From assembly GCA_964035545.1 (NCBI GenBank), contig OZ037766.1, forward strand, positions 31,176,773 to 31,240,772: a DNA stretch of 64,000 nt, written 5' to 3'. Source of the stretch: Bugula neritina (Eukaryota > Animalia > Bryozoa). The first letter of the stretch is position 1, and every line of letters begins with the position of its first letter. Below are positions 24,801-38,704 of the stretch, piece by piece. Made by a program: the position numbers and the translations under genes. The notes under the pieces are model-generated. The model saw only the letters and a list, made by a program, of their open reading frames with translations. It had not been told where the DNA came from and did no database searches.

Positions 24801-27581
24801 TGATATACAATTCATGTTATTCTTTATTGCACGTCATTATGATCAAGTTCTAGATGCTATTGTATCATTTTTTTTCTAAAAGCTTGCCACATATAAGGAT
24901 TATTATGTACTTTTCTTAATATTATGTTGAATGAGTTAGTGTGCCATCCTGAAAGTGCCCTTACTCTGTATTTGAACCTCTACGGTATATGCTAGGTTTT
25001 CTTGGGAAAGTTTGCACATCCTCCCTAAATTGCTGTTAAACTTGCAGGACCACAAAACAATGAAGACCTTCAACGAACTACTCTTCTACTTCTTTGATGA
25101 ACGAACGAAGAAGTCGCAAGAGAAATTTCCAGAACACACCATGTATGACATGACAGCAACTATTATCTATGATAATTGGCATTGGAGAATTAAACAAGGT
25201 TACATGGGTGATTCCCACATACCAACCCACACTAACTTTCACTACCTCAGGAAACTACACCCTGGTGCTCAGATTGTTGGTGAGATTTGCAATCAGTAAC
25301 CGTGTATAAAATAGTAGAATATGCTGTATTTCTTTATTTTCAGTTAACTCTTAGACAGAGTATTCATATTAAGTTCGACTTTTTAATGTTCTAGCAGTAG
25401 ACTAGGCTATACAATTCTGAAAATTAGCTCTTAGAGATTCTGAAGCAGCTCCAAGCAAGTAATCAAGCAAGTTAGCATGATTTACAGTGTGGAGATTTCT
25501 TCAATCTGTGTATATATAAATGTTTTGGTAAACAGCTGTAAACTCAGATAGCATCTGGTCACTAGCCCCAAGCTCCAGTCTTGAAGGTTATTTGCCTCTA
25601 TTGATGTTTTGGGAAGTGCTAATTATAATTAAAATTTTAATAAAAAATTTCATTATAAAAGATTAAAAATTAATCAGTATACTGATTAATTTTTAATCTC
25701 TTATAATGAAATGTCTTCTCAAAAATCTTTTGGCTGTAGTTATATAAGCATGAGTGCGTTAGTAAAAATTTAATTTCATGATTACAGTTATGATGAGAAA
25801 CCCTGTGACCCGAGCTTTGTCTTTCTACAACCACGGAATAGACATGAGCAAAAATCATAACGCTAACCTTCAGTTTGTTTATAAAGACATGCCCCAGTCA
25901 CCTCTGGATATCCACAAGTTTTTTGTAGACAGGTGAATCTACTTCTATAAGTCTATTTTATCTATATCTATGTTTTCTTGAAATTAGAAGAACATAGAAA
26001 TGTAATATAATGGCTTATAATGTGCTTCTATTTTATATCTTTCAGTAGAGAGTGTTGAAATATGTTAGCTGATCTGTGTTATTTCATCTATTTAAAATTT
26101 TAAACTCCAGCAAATCCAAGCCATTCTTTGAATTAAACTCTGCATATAAACTGTCATGAATACTTTAATTATAAAATGTTTATTTTACAAAAGCACAGGT
26201 TTTATATTCTTTACAAATAAATAAAAAAACATATATATTATACTATGTTATTATACATAAAAGCAATAGAATTTGGCACTTGAAGTTAATTTGAACGATA
26301 ATGTTACTTTTATACAGCATATACCATTTCAATGAATGTGTAAAGAAGACATCTTTGAGAGCTTGTTGCCACCTATCTGGCTGGGAGTCTCAAAACTGGG
26401 GAGATCCACAATACTTTATGACTTTGAGAATTGGAATTTACTACATCTTCTTAGAGGAAGTGTATAAAAACTACCCGCCATCCCAGGTGATGCTTTGTTG
26501 TTTAATCTGCTTCCTTTGTTCTTAGAAAAAAGCAAAACCAGTCATTAGTCTTACATTACAATGCTAGGTTGGCCAGGCTATCATTGGAGCAGAGGCTAAG
26601 CATATAAACTGACTCATATGATAATCAAGGAAAAAAAATCTTAATTTAATAGCATTGATTGATAATTAGACCAGCAAATGGTTGAAATATTTATTATTGG
26701 ATTATTCCATCAAAGTTAGGTTGGCAGAAACTTTCTCAAAAACTGCAAAAACAATGCAATAATTTAATAATGATTGCATAGTTTTCTATATGAGCAAATA
26801 CTAAAATATAGTGTAGCTAAATTCAACTTTTATATTTTAATATTGAAAGCTAGCTTAATTAAAATGCTGCGTAGACCTACTAGCTGTAGATATATTTGCA
26901 TATATAGTATCAAAATATCACAACTGTTTTAACAGAATATATTCTGTATTGTGTCATCAATAATTTCGCTTACAGGTGCATTTAGTGAAATCTGAAGACT
27001 TTTATGGTTCCCCTTTGCCAACTCTGAATCAACTTTTTACTTTTCTAAATATCAGTACACAGTCCACAGAGCGTCTGATACAGCAGAAAGGAAGTATGAT
27101 ATTATATTATATTTTATTTTATTATATTATACTATGTTATATTATGTCATATTATATAATATAATATTGTATAATACTATATTATATTATATTTCATTGT
27201 ATTATATTATATTGTAATATGCTATATAATATATTGTATATAATGTAATATTATATTGCATTGTATTATCTCTTATTAAATTATATTATATTATATCAAG
27301 TTATATTATATCATATTAACGTATATTATATTGTTTTATGCCATATTATTTATATAATATATTATATTATAATATACTATATTATGTTACGTGTATATCA
27401 TTTTCAAGATGCTATAATCATGAGCATAAAGAAGTATTTCAAACCACTGATAGAGACATACAAACTGCTACAAAAGTTCTATGCACCCTTCAATGAAAGG
27501 CTAGTTTCAATGCTCGACGACCAAAAGTGGGCGGAGTGGGAGAAGGAAATTAACCGATTGACAGGGAAGGATAAATCTTAG
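21837..27581 (+). CDS. Golgi type II carbohydrate sulfotransferase, CHST15-like, copy 2 (long stem, ~620 aa)
   Basis: Exons 21837-21960, 22879-23468, 23858-24034, 24575-24709, 25048-25279, 25788-25932, 26318-26486, 26976-27093, 27409-27581. All are GT-AG and phase-consistent, with the same PAPS-binding motifs as copy 1. Confidence 0.88.
25647..25712. repeat. 66-bp loop-less palindrome (33-bp arms, 1 mismatch) in sulfotransferase copy 2 intron
   Basis: ATTTCATTATAAAAGATTAAAAATTAATCAGTA|TACTGATTAATTTTTAATCTCTTATAATGAAAT. Confidence 0.9.
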
Positions 27582-28356
27582 TAGTTATACATGTTTATTA
27601 AACAGAACATTGGTGCTAGGCAACATATGCCTCAGTTGCTTTTTGATGAGTGTTTTTAGATTTGTAATTTATCTCACAATTAAGCAATTCTGTCTTCACA
27701 CTATTTTTATGAAAGTGGAAATTACAAAAGCTGAGTTATTTTGTTTTAACTCTAAAATATAAATATATTTTTAAAATATTATGCAATATTGTAGCTGCAT
27801 AACTTTGCTAATGCCAGTAAACTGAGTTATAGGAAATAACTAGCTCAATAAGTAATTCTTTTTATTTTGAATTATTGAATTTTCAATATTTTTTTTTTAA
27901 TTTATGCAGAATTTTATTTGTGTTCATGAAATCAAGGTGAAGAGTAATAAACTGGTTATTTTGTTGATGGTAGTCTGTAATGTTAAAGGAAATAAACAAA
28001 ATAAATAGTAATCAACGAATTGTTTTAAATTATAACAAAACTTTTAATACAAAACTCTCTAAGAGCATGAATAAAATATATCAGCCCAACAAGATGCACA
28101 CCCCGAACTGGGTAACACACTTGGCTATTGACTCTCAAGTATTCTACGAAAATCTTTGTATTATATAATATATAATTCATGGCCTGGAATAAAATTATTA
28201 AAACACATAAATTGTTTCTAGTTAGACTAGTTTTATCATAATTATTTAGCATGTGGTCTTATAACTCAGTATGCTGTTGAGATACTTTAATATACTTCTA
28301 AAGAGCTCATTAGTTTATAGAGAGTTCATCTCTAAAGACTTTAGTCGCCAATGAAA

Positions 28357-31300
28357 TTAGCAAAGATTTTCACAAAGGTCGTTCCATTTGTACCCTGTTT
28401 GATGTGGCACCATCCCCCTGTAAGATATGGACCAGAATCTTCCATTGTATGCGCCTTCATAAACCTTCTTTCCTTGAAAAAATGCGTATCTAAAACAAAT
28501 AGAAAGAAAAGCTCAATGAAGTTTTGCTCTATAATACATATAATATTTAGTTAGTAGTTTTATTTTTTAAAATTACTGTAAAACTGTGGTGAAAATGTTA
28601 TTTCAATAATAAATTAGATGTCTTTTGCTTATTTCATAATACTTTCCAAATTTGTGCTATTTTCAACAAACTGAAGATATCTTATTTTATCTTAATAGTT
28701 TTTCTGCAGTTTTCATAAAATAATAAACTGGTATAGTTACAATCTGTATACTTTTATATTCCAGAATATGAATTGAAATTCAATTTGCGTGGTTGCTGTT
28801 CCAATACCTATGGAGTGCCAAATGGTCAAAAATTTGCCTATTCTTGCATCTCATATGCTTATAATGTATCTAGCCATTATTCTCTCTCATATGTTCACAA
28901 TACCCATGCAGTTTATATGCTTTATTTTAACTATTCCTTTAACTACTAATCCTGATTCTTATATTTCTTCTTCAATCATAATTCAATTATTGCATTTCAT
29001 TGATTTAAAACTTTCAACTTTTTTAAAGTTTAAACTTATCACTGCTCATCGTTTTATATAATATAATACGCAATTTCAAACAAGTATCTTTAAATAGCAA
29101 ATTTTGAAAAAAAACCAGTTGATGCGATTAAAATAAAGTAAGACAGAATGCTCTTCTTGAAGTAAAATTATTATTCAATAATATAATATAATAATATAAT
29201 ATAATATAATAATAATATAATGATATGATATAATATAATAATATATAATGATATAATATAATATAATATAATAATATAATATAATAATATAATGATATAA
29301 TATAATATAATAATATATAATAATATAATGATATAATATTATATAATATAATAATATAATATAATAATATACAATAACACATAAAATTGACTCAACGGCT
29401 ACCAATGCAAGACTACAGCTGTCCAGCTGAGAAAGGTGAGAAAAAATAACTTACTCAATTCGGTTCTGGTGTACGTACTGGTATGCTTCATCTATTCTGT
29501 GGTTTCCTAAGCCTTGGAAAAGGAAGTTTATACTGCTGCACCTCAAGAAGTTCCATTTAGATCCAAACAGACAGACCTAGTAAACATAACAATTTTCTGT
29601 TGGTGAGGAATAAAAGTTAAGTTAGAAAAAGCTCTCACTTTATAGATGAGCCTCTATAACTAATAGTTTGTACTCTTTGCATAGTGCTAACCTCTTCTAT
29701 AAAATAAAGGCTTTTTTTACTATATCTGCTGTTTTTATGGATGATAGGATAGCATAGCGTGTTGAGACAAATATATATATACATTTATTTTAAAAAATGT
29801 AATTAGCTGTCTCAATTAGTGTGTGTTCAAAATTTCAAAAAAGTGATGCCAACTTTTAGCTCATATAGCAATCATTCCGGAAGTGTTGGTGAAATTAATC
29901 AATATTCAGTAATAATGGGAATCTTAGAAACAGTTTCAAGTACCTACCTGACTGCCAGAGAATAAATATAGTGTAGAGGTTATCTCCGCCCACAAAGCTG
30001 CATCCACTCTTCTCAGCTTGTTCCGTGTTAGTGAAGTAATTGATATCTTAGTGAGAAGTTTTATCCGCGGTGATCGACTGTGGTTATACGTGTACATGTA
30101 TGCATCATATCCTGTAACGTATAGCTATATGTGTATATGTATGTATTATCCCTGTAATGTAGCCACATGTGTATATGTATGCATGGTATACTGTAATGTA
30201 GTGAAATGTGTACAAAAATTTTTAGTATGCTGTAACAGAAAATATCATATAATAGCTATAAGATATTATAGTCTCTAGCATTCAGTTTGTCGTAAGAATT
30301 TTTTAATACTTGGAGCAAATTCCTTGTTTCTAAATTTTTGTACTCAACTTTTAATGGAAAAAATTAAACTTCAACTCAGCTAAAACAAAATATTTGTTTG
30401 CTAAGACTATATATATTATATTGAGCATGTTTCACACAACAAGTAATATAATGTGTTTTTGGTTTAAATCTAAAAGCACTTAAATGACAAAATCGAATAT
30501 AAATAACTTTCCAAACAAATGCAAATCTAAGAACCAAACCTTTAAAAACATAAAACCTGGGGGTTGAGCCGGGAGCACCCTCATATATCTGCACCATCGC
30601 ATCTATTGGGCCCGTTATACCAGAGAACAGCTGGGAATTCCTTATTGGATAATCTAGAATAAAACACATCTTATAATTATATGATAACTAAACTATATAA
30701 TAACTGAAAGGTTTGACTGATTATTACAGGATTAGCAGAGCATGGGGTGATTTATGATGCATTATATTGTCTACTTGCTCAGACATAATATATTTAAGGC
30801 ATTGTGTTAAGACCACCTAAGTATCTGTGTAAGACCACCTAAGTATCTGTTTAACCTCATTATTAGCTGAAGCTAGTAAACACAAAATAAGATTAATAAG
30901 AAACTAAAAACAATATTAAAAAATAAGACAATAAAGTATATTCATGCATGTAACAATCCATCAACCACAATTCATTCTTTTAGAGACAACAATATGGTTT
31001 AGCAGACACTTTAGCACAAATTAATATGTTTAACATAAGCTGCATATTATATTTTTAACCTATAAACTGTAAATGTTGCTATTTATAATTTTGACCCATA
31101 AGTAATTAGTTGCCTGTCATAATTTAACACAAAAGAAGCATAATATATTGCACACAGGAAACCCACAAAACTATATTAACATTATTCTAACACTAATCTA
31201 TTGGTTATATTATTATTATTCTAAAGCTAAGATATTGGTTATATTACTATATTTTTCTATTTATTCTAATATAGCTCTATTAGTTCCATTATTATCATTC

Positions 31301-34300
31301 TGATACTAATTTATTGAGTTATATTACTGTTATTCTAATACTAATTTAAATTGTCTATACTACTATTTTTCTAATGCTAATATATTGGTTATATTGATAT
31401 TGTTCTAATAATAATAATAGTAATAATCTATTATTTATATTATTATTGCTATAATGTTAATCTATTGCAAGCTTGTTATATTGTTTTAGAAATACCTTCA
31501 AGTACTCTGTTTAGGTTATATGAATATTCCCAGACTGCTGTTTTCCTGCTAATGAAAGTTGTGCTATACGTGTGTGGTCCAACATTGTAGAGGATGTTTG
31601 TGATTGCATCGGTTGGTCCGTAGCACCTCCCTACAACAGAGAAGTTGTGTATGAGACCTGTAGGCTATTTGCTGGTGACTAATTGCGGTTGTAGAGTATA
31701 CTGCAGACTGATGCGCTAATGTCGTTAACTTAGTCATACTTATTGAAGTCAAATGATAAAATATTGGGAAGTAGATTAAAATATTTTTACATAATTTCTG
31801 TGCGAAGGGGGTCAAATAACCAAGTATTTCATTTTGCTATGCTTTTCAACCATTATGAATAGTATTCACTCAGCAAAATTTACATTCTTTATCACACTAT
31901 CAATTAGACTCACCATAAAGATGTTGAATTGTGGTTCTTTCAAACGTATTCAAATAATTGGCACCATTTTTATAGTCAAAGTTTTTGTACATTGCCGAGC
32001 TGCTAGATTTGTCATGACTGTGCGGGACGCCGAGTAAATGCCCTACTTCATGTAGAATCACTGCTGGAAGGCTGTTCTCCAACTTCACGTAGGATCCTAT
32101 AGCAGAATCGAAACAAAAAATACAATCCTTGAAATGTATAAAAAATTATGAAGTATTTCAGTAATTTAAGTGAGAGCTTTTTATTATGCAATCTTATAAT
32201 TTTCTCTTCCTTACTGCTTATATACAATTGACTGTCTTTACATAAGTTTTTCAAAAGACATCAAGTGAAAATAATGCCAGTCTTGTACGACTATTACAGC
32301 GTGGTCTTCTGATTTCTGTAGTAGATTGCAGTTTACACAGAAATTATTAGAACTAAGAATTTCTTATAAAATATTAGTATTTATAAGCTAAAGTAACTCA
32401 TACCACATAAAGTATAATATAAACTTACTCGCATTTCCTGGTTTGTAAACGTAATTTGTGTTCAGTTGGATTTGTCTTCGCCCACTCACACTCACTGTTT
32501 GTGAGATTAGGTTTCTACTTCCTGTTGTTAAACCTGTAAATAAATGACTTCATTCATATGAGAAATTTTTATTCTTCACCATTATAGATACATGTACTGT
32601 CTTTACATTTGTTCCACGTTCCAATTCCAATCTAACACCATTCAACAGTTATTGTTGAAGTAACCGTTTCAAGTATTGGCTTATATAAATCTTAATTTAA
32701 ATCACTAAATTTAAAAAACATCTAGGCAATAATATTACTAAATATTACAATATTTGTATTTATTTCTTTTAATATAAATCTAATATAAAGATACAATACT
32801 TATAAAAGTCTACTCAATAATATGTTAAAGTATTGTAAAGTTGGCATTGTAATTATGTTGCTGCAATGTACAACGTTTACTTCTAAAACTCTTCCACCAT
32901 TATTAAAATCACCCCCCTCCCCCCTCCCATGCACAAGTTTGATAAAAGGAGCTTTGCACTATTACCAAGTTCATATTATGCAAAGTTTTGTAAGTCAAGA
33001 CGTGATGTCAACCCTGTCAGGTACACATCAGTTCATACATTTCATTTCCATGTAACTTGATGGCTTGGTGCATGTATAAATAATTATTTTATGTAATATA
33101 CCGGGCTCTGATTTTATATTATAGAGAGTGCAACACTACTTGGTCCACATTTAAGAATATATATTACTGCATGGCTAAAAAGAGTATATTGCTAAATTAT
33201 TACAAATAAGATTAATTTTGTAATGCGGAGATTCTCTGGGACAAACATCAGCACAAACTATTGAAGCCTACTAAAGTTTGCCATTTTATTATATTTATTA
33301 TTATGTTTTATATAATATAGTTACAGTGCAGTAGATTGAAAAGTAGCTGTTATATAAAGCATGAACTCGGCTTACATAAATTAATTTGTATAAATAAAAC
33401 AATTTCTAATTGAATGACGACTAGAATTTACCTGGGATAAAAGTGATGGAAAAGTTAGGTGGGGGCTCCCAGCTAGACACCCTTTCTCTGAAGCATATTG
33501 GAGCCTTGGCCGCCCAGTCAGACAATGTAGCAGCTATCACCCCATCCTCATTGTAGAAGCTGTTGGGCAGGTTGGAAAGAGTGTAGTAGTAAACACCTGG
33601 AGATGACCGAAGGCGATTGTATCGGAAGTGATCAACAGATCTTTTAGGACGGAAGAATCTCCATATTTTCTGGAATTTAGATGAAGAAAATCTTCCAACT
33701 GCAAAATATATATAGTTTCAGGTGACTGATCGTAAACTTTGCATGATAGCTTTACTATTAAAATTAGAAAAAAAAAACTATATCTAGCATAGCATTTGAA
33801 TATTGGTTGCCAACAACTACTTTTCCTCAATTCTCTTTAATCAGCATATTACAAACACAATTGGTTGTTTTTTCAAGAGAGTAAAAGCAATAGTTGAATC
33901 AAAGAAATTATGTTTTTTATCCCAACAACTCTTTAAATTTATGTTAGGTTTCATTGCATCTATCACCTTTTGAGCAAGTTTTTATCTCTTAGGATTTACC
34001 ACTAACAGAATGTTATTTAAATCTTTGCACGGCAAGTTTGTTTTACAATTAAGTAAAACAATTCAGTATAGCATGATTGCACAACTTCCTCAACAGGCCA
34101 TCTCTTACTAATTACCATATTATTTCACTCAATCAAACAGCTATTTTAGCTTAAGCTGGGTTTGGCTGAAGTTGACCTTTGTTTTTATACTGTTTATTCA
34201 CAATAGCATTTTTATAGTCTATAGTCTATAAATATTAGGTTTGTAACTTTTTGTAACATTTCCTTCTTTCTTACAGGTAAGAATTCAGAAGCAATATAAT

Positions 34301-37300
34301 TATATAGAAGAATTGATCATTTATAAACAAGGAGCAATCATATGACATGCTGTGCTAGAGATTGAAAAACATCTTTCAACTTAGAATCACTTTTGGTTTT
34401 TACTAAAAGATTACTTCAGGTGCAGTGCAGTTACAAGTACCATACTTGCAGTGCCTGCTCTAAGTGCTGACGTGACCCTGTCGTCCATCTGCTGCCGGTA
34501 CGCTGCCGTGAACATCTCCCTGTACTCTGTCCTGTTGGGTTGGTCTCTTGCATACTCCTGTAGACATCATAATGTTATAGGATGAAGTAAAACTAAACTA
34601 GTGTTTAATTCTTGTTTGCCATTACTGTCTAATTTAGCACGAAATGAATTAAGTTTGAACAAAACCTATTTATATATGTGATAATAAAACTTCAGTTTCA
34701 TTCTTCCTGGATTGTTGGTTGTGGGCATTCACATGCGGCAGCTGAGAAATTTTGATAGCCCAAAGTTTTTTATTTTTCTAGATAAATTTAACTTTGAGGC
34801 ACAGGTTCAAGTTTTTACAAGAAAATAATATCTTATGCTACATTTTGCATTCAAAACACATGCAAGTTTTTTTCCAACTTCTTCATTGCTGAACTTATAA
34901 CTATAGAAAGGACATATTATTATACCATTTAGTTAGCAGCTAGTAGTAAAAAGCATTTTGTTTAATGCAACCTTGTAAGAGTTGATAGCATTGGAATCCA
35001 ATTTTTGAATAATGAAGTAAAAACAGTTAGATACAATGAATAAGATTTTGACTTGCGATATTCCAATGCGTAGTATAAACTGACTAGATTTTGAATTGTT
35101 TATGAGGCTATTATAATTTATAATTAGGCTCAATAAAAATTCCTTCTTTACCTGCCACCATATAAAGTTAAAGACATGAAATTTAAGGCATTACCTGGTA
35201 TTTATATTTTGGTTTGTCATCTACGTAGTCTGCTAATGAGTGTTCCATTTCTTGCTTTGTTTTGTGTTTGATCCTTTTGTCAGTAGTTTTAATGTCTAAT
35301 GGACAAAACAAAGTAGTTGAAGAAAAAGGTGCTAATAATAACGTTATTATCAACTAAATTATTTTATCTGTACTACAGCTATTGTCTAATAAGTTTATGA
35401 CCCAAGTAAGTTTTAGTGTGATAATTACACAACTTTAAAATATAGTGGAAATTTTCATTAACACAAGGTCTGCAGTACTTTATAAGATGAATTAAAAGAC
35501 ATCCAAACTACTTGACTAACCTAACTATAACTTCTTCCTAATAGTATATATAAACATGGAACTTACCAGCAATGCCTAGTTCTTTATTGGTGATGTTGCT
35601 TAGGTCAGTAAGATTACCAGAAATAGTATCAGCAGTACGAGAACTGAGAAAAACCTCCTCCTTACAAAATGCACTCTCCTTTCCTTTCACAGTCGTCTTT
35701 AGAATCTTTAAAGCTCTTGAAAAGTGGAAGGAGTTGCAATTCACTTCTACAAAAGAGAGTTTATTGAATATTATTATCACTTTGAAGACAAATTTGATGG
35801 CAGAGTTGCTCAACGGGTTTATACTTAATTTTTAACTTTTAAGTGCGTGAAGTTATTATTAGTTATTAGAATTTCATGTAGCTGACTGAATGATCACAAA
35901 GTCAAGAGTAAAGTTTCACACACGTACACATGCGGGAGCATATTTATAATATAATTTAATAAAGAAATATATTATCAAAATATCTAGATTTTGGTAACAA
36001 AAGTTTAATGTTTGTAATAATTTAGGCAAGTTTAGAAAAACTTAACTTTTAAAATCTTGAGTTTAGTACTACATAAGACTTATGCCAAAAAAATTAATAT
36101 TTTGTCATGTTTATATATGATTTAAGACAGGCTAGCAAAATTATGAATTCTACTGTAATGAAAAAGACTACATTTTAAATATTTTATAAAGTTTCCAATA
36201 AAACCAAATTTGCCTTGCAGTTTCTCAACACTCTAACAAAAACAGCTAGAGGATAGCATAGTAAAGATAGCTTTCATTGTTTAACTCACCTAGTTCAAAT
36301 AATTCTGACAAGTTTTAAAAAAGGTCAAGCATAAAATAAAATATTTCAATATGAAAATATATGCAAAACTTTGGCTTCACAATAGTTTCATAATGGTACA
36401 GTGTTTGTTGTTTGGTGATTGCTACAAGATATGGCTTTCCTAATGTCTATTTTAGAAAGCCACTGAATAATTATGTAAAACAGTTTCCTCTAAACTTGTA
36501 TGGTTTATTTTTAAATATTCAGTCTGTGGGAGACAGAAAGCCAATAATAATGAATAATTATTAACAATTTCAAAATTAATATTCAAAAGTGTGCAGATGA
36601 AGTCAGGAATGCTGGAGAACACCTGCATATGTACATTTATCAATGAATATATATAATAAGATTTCCAAATTCCTGAAATGCTTAATACAACAACACAACT
36701 TTATCGAGGCCAATTTTTTTACATAGCTGCATGTTAAGTAAAAACTCTCACCCATAAATATATATAGGTTATCGGCACAGGTGGTGTTTAAAATATATGT
36801 ACCTATTAGAGGAAATTCACCCTGCTCATATATATACCTGAATATATACCTGTATATACCTGTATATACCAGTATATACCTGTATATACCTGTATATACC
36901 TTCGTATACCTGTATATACCTGTATATACCTTCGTATACCTGTATATACAGGTATATACCTTCGTATACCTGTATATACCTGTATATACCTGCAGTATAT
37001 ACCTGCAGTATATACCTGCAGTATATACCTGTATATACCTTCGTATACCTGTATATACAGATATATACCTGTATATACCTACCTGTATATACCTGTATAT
37101 ACCTGCATATACCTTATACCATATAGTGTATATTTACTACAATGTCTTCAAACAAACACATCTTTGGCTGCTAGCAGATGATTAATGTTCCAGAGCTGCC
37201 ACTGCCTATATTGACATGTATTTAACAAAGCAATGCTAAAACCTCTTCATTCTGTTTGTTACTTACTTCCATGGAGGTCATCTTTCTTGCTGAATTTACA

Positions 37301-38503
37301 CTCACAGCCCAGCTTGTCCACGTCCAACTCATCACAAATATATTTCTAAAAAGCATGAAAATATCTCAATTACTGATAAAAAGCAGCTAGCTACTAGCTA
37401 TCACAACAATTGTTATAAGCTTTGAGACTGAATTCCAGCAGTGTTTTGGCACCTAAATTATTTAAACACTTTGCCAAGATAGAACGAAGAGAGGTTGATA
37501 ATTTCCTTTCTCTATATCTCCGCTGACAGAATGCCACCAACATAGAGGCCTAAACTTTTTCCTGACTGTGCTTTCAGTGTCCGGTGCCAAAGCAAAAAGA
37601 TTTGCTGGCAATCAGATTACGTCTTAGCGAAAAACAGACTTGGCTCAGCTAGCTGCAGCTTCTACTTGATATTAGCTATGTTGGTAAAACATTCAGTCTT
37701 GTGTCATGTCAAAGCCTTTAAAGTTTAAACCATGTTGTCAGCAAGATTAGGGCATAGTAAACCCCCCCCTCCCCCACAATCTCATGCCATTAGGTTTTCC
37801 CAGCAAGTATTACAACTATATACATAAACATAAACTTCCTAGCTAATCTGATTAATTATTCTCTTTTAGTTACAAATATCATTATACATTTTAACTTATT
37901 GATTGTTAAGATATTCCAGAACAACGCTCTATCTATTTCAATATGCACACTGATGAAAAAGTATCTTTCTTGCATTTCACATTTTTACTTGTCAAAGTTT
38001 CACAAATATATATGTATTTTGTGAAACTTATTAAAATGTAGCTAGTAAATATTGTAAGATTGTCATTACTATAGCAATACATATTCAATGACTTTTTACT
38101 GTAAATTGTGTATTAAAAGCAAAGGTAATAAGTCTATTAAAATACACGTTAACAATTATGGAAGACTTTATGCCAGGACATGATTAGTATATGTGAACAC
38201 AGGCCCAGCCCGATTTCCTGGTGTAACGTTCAAACTCAGTCTTACAACTAAATTTAGTAAACTGTGTTTTCACCAATTGTCCAAAAACTAATTCCTATCT
38301 TCTAATATTATTCTTACCCAGCAAGCTATCCTGTGGGTATCGGTTGGATTCGTGTCATCTCTCTTCTCTCTCACATGATTGTATAACACTTCCAGGGTCT
38401 TATAATCTTTAAAATCAGATGAGGATGAAGTGAAATGATTGTTGTTCAGATGTAAAGATAAAAATACACCCGTAAATAGTACATAATTTACTGCAGAATA
38501 CAT
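28357..38503 (-). CDS. Secreted matrix metalloproteinase (M10A), MMP21-like architecture, ~626 aa
   Basis: 13 phase-consistent exons: 38318-38503, 37267-37345, 35567-35746, 35195-35295, 34446-34557, 33432-33698, 32429-32533, 31914-32096, 31496-31630, 30540-30653, 29948-30111, 29455-29576, 28357-28489. Hydrophobic N-terminus, furin sites REKR and RPKR, zinc motif HEVGHLLGVPHS, Met-turn SSAMY. The catalytic domain runs straight into hemopexin blades (LYGRCYGPTDAI, IDAMV..FYVFKG, VDAAL..LYLFSG, IDEAY..AFFQG) and ends KWNDLC. Confidence 0.88.
36830..37112. repeat. (TATATACCTG)n-type minisatellite in MMP intron
   Basis: Repeating TATACCTG units with TTCG/GCAG variants. Confidence 0.9.
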
Positions 38504-38664
38504 CTTTTCTCAATCTATTGATATAAATCTGCTGTAGATTAGCTTCGTCTGCACACAATTTTGTCCGTTGGAGAAACGTCGTCTGGAACTGCAATGACTG
38601 ATGCAAGAGAGGCTTTAGTATTGACTAGTAGCAGTGCAAAATTGTTTTAATCATAAATACCAGC

Positions 38665-38704
38665 GCTGATTGAATCTGATTGGTCGCCTTGTCACCACGG
38701 TAAC
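38665..38704 (-). promoter_or_regulatory. MMP promoter: CCAAT box and RFX X-box
   Basis: CTGATTGG (CCAAT on minus) at ~38676-38683 and GTCACCACGGTAAC at 38691-38704, matching GTNRCC-N2-RGYAAC, about 190 bp upstream of the ATG. Confidence 0.45.

Larger units (their letters stand above)
508..27609 (+). repeat. Tandem segmental duplication: ~508-13466 repeated at ~15789-27609 with a 2.3-kb unique spacer
   Basis: Collinear exons, introns and intergenic DNA, roughly 90% identical by eye with identical patches and several large indels. Homology stops ~30 nt after the sulfotransferase stop codon. Confidence 0.95.
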
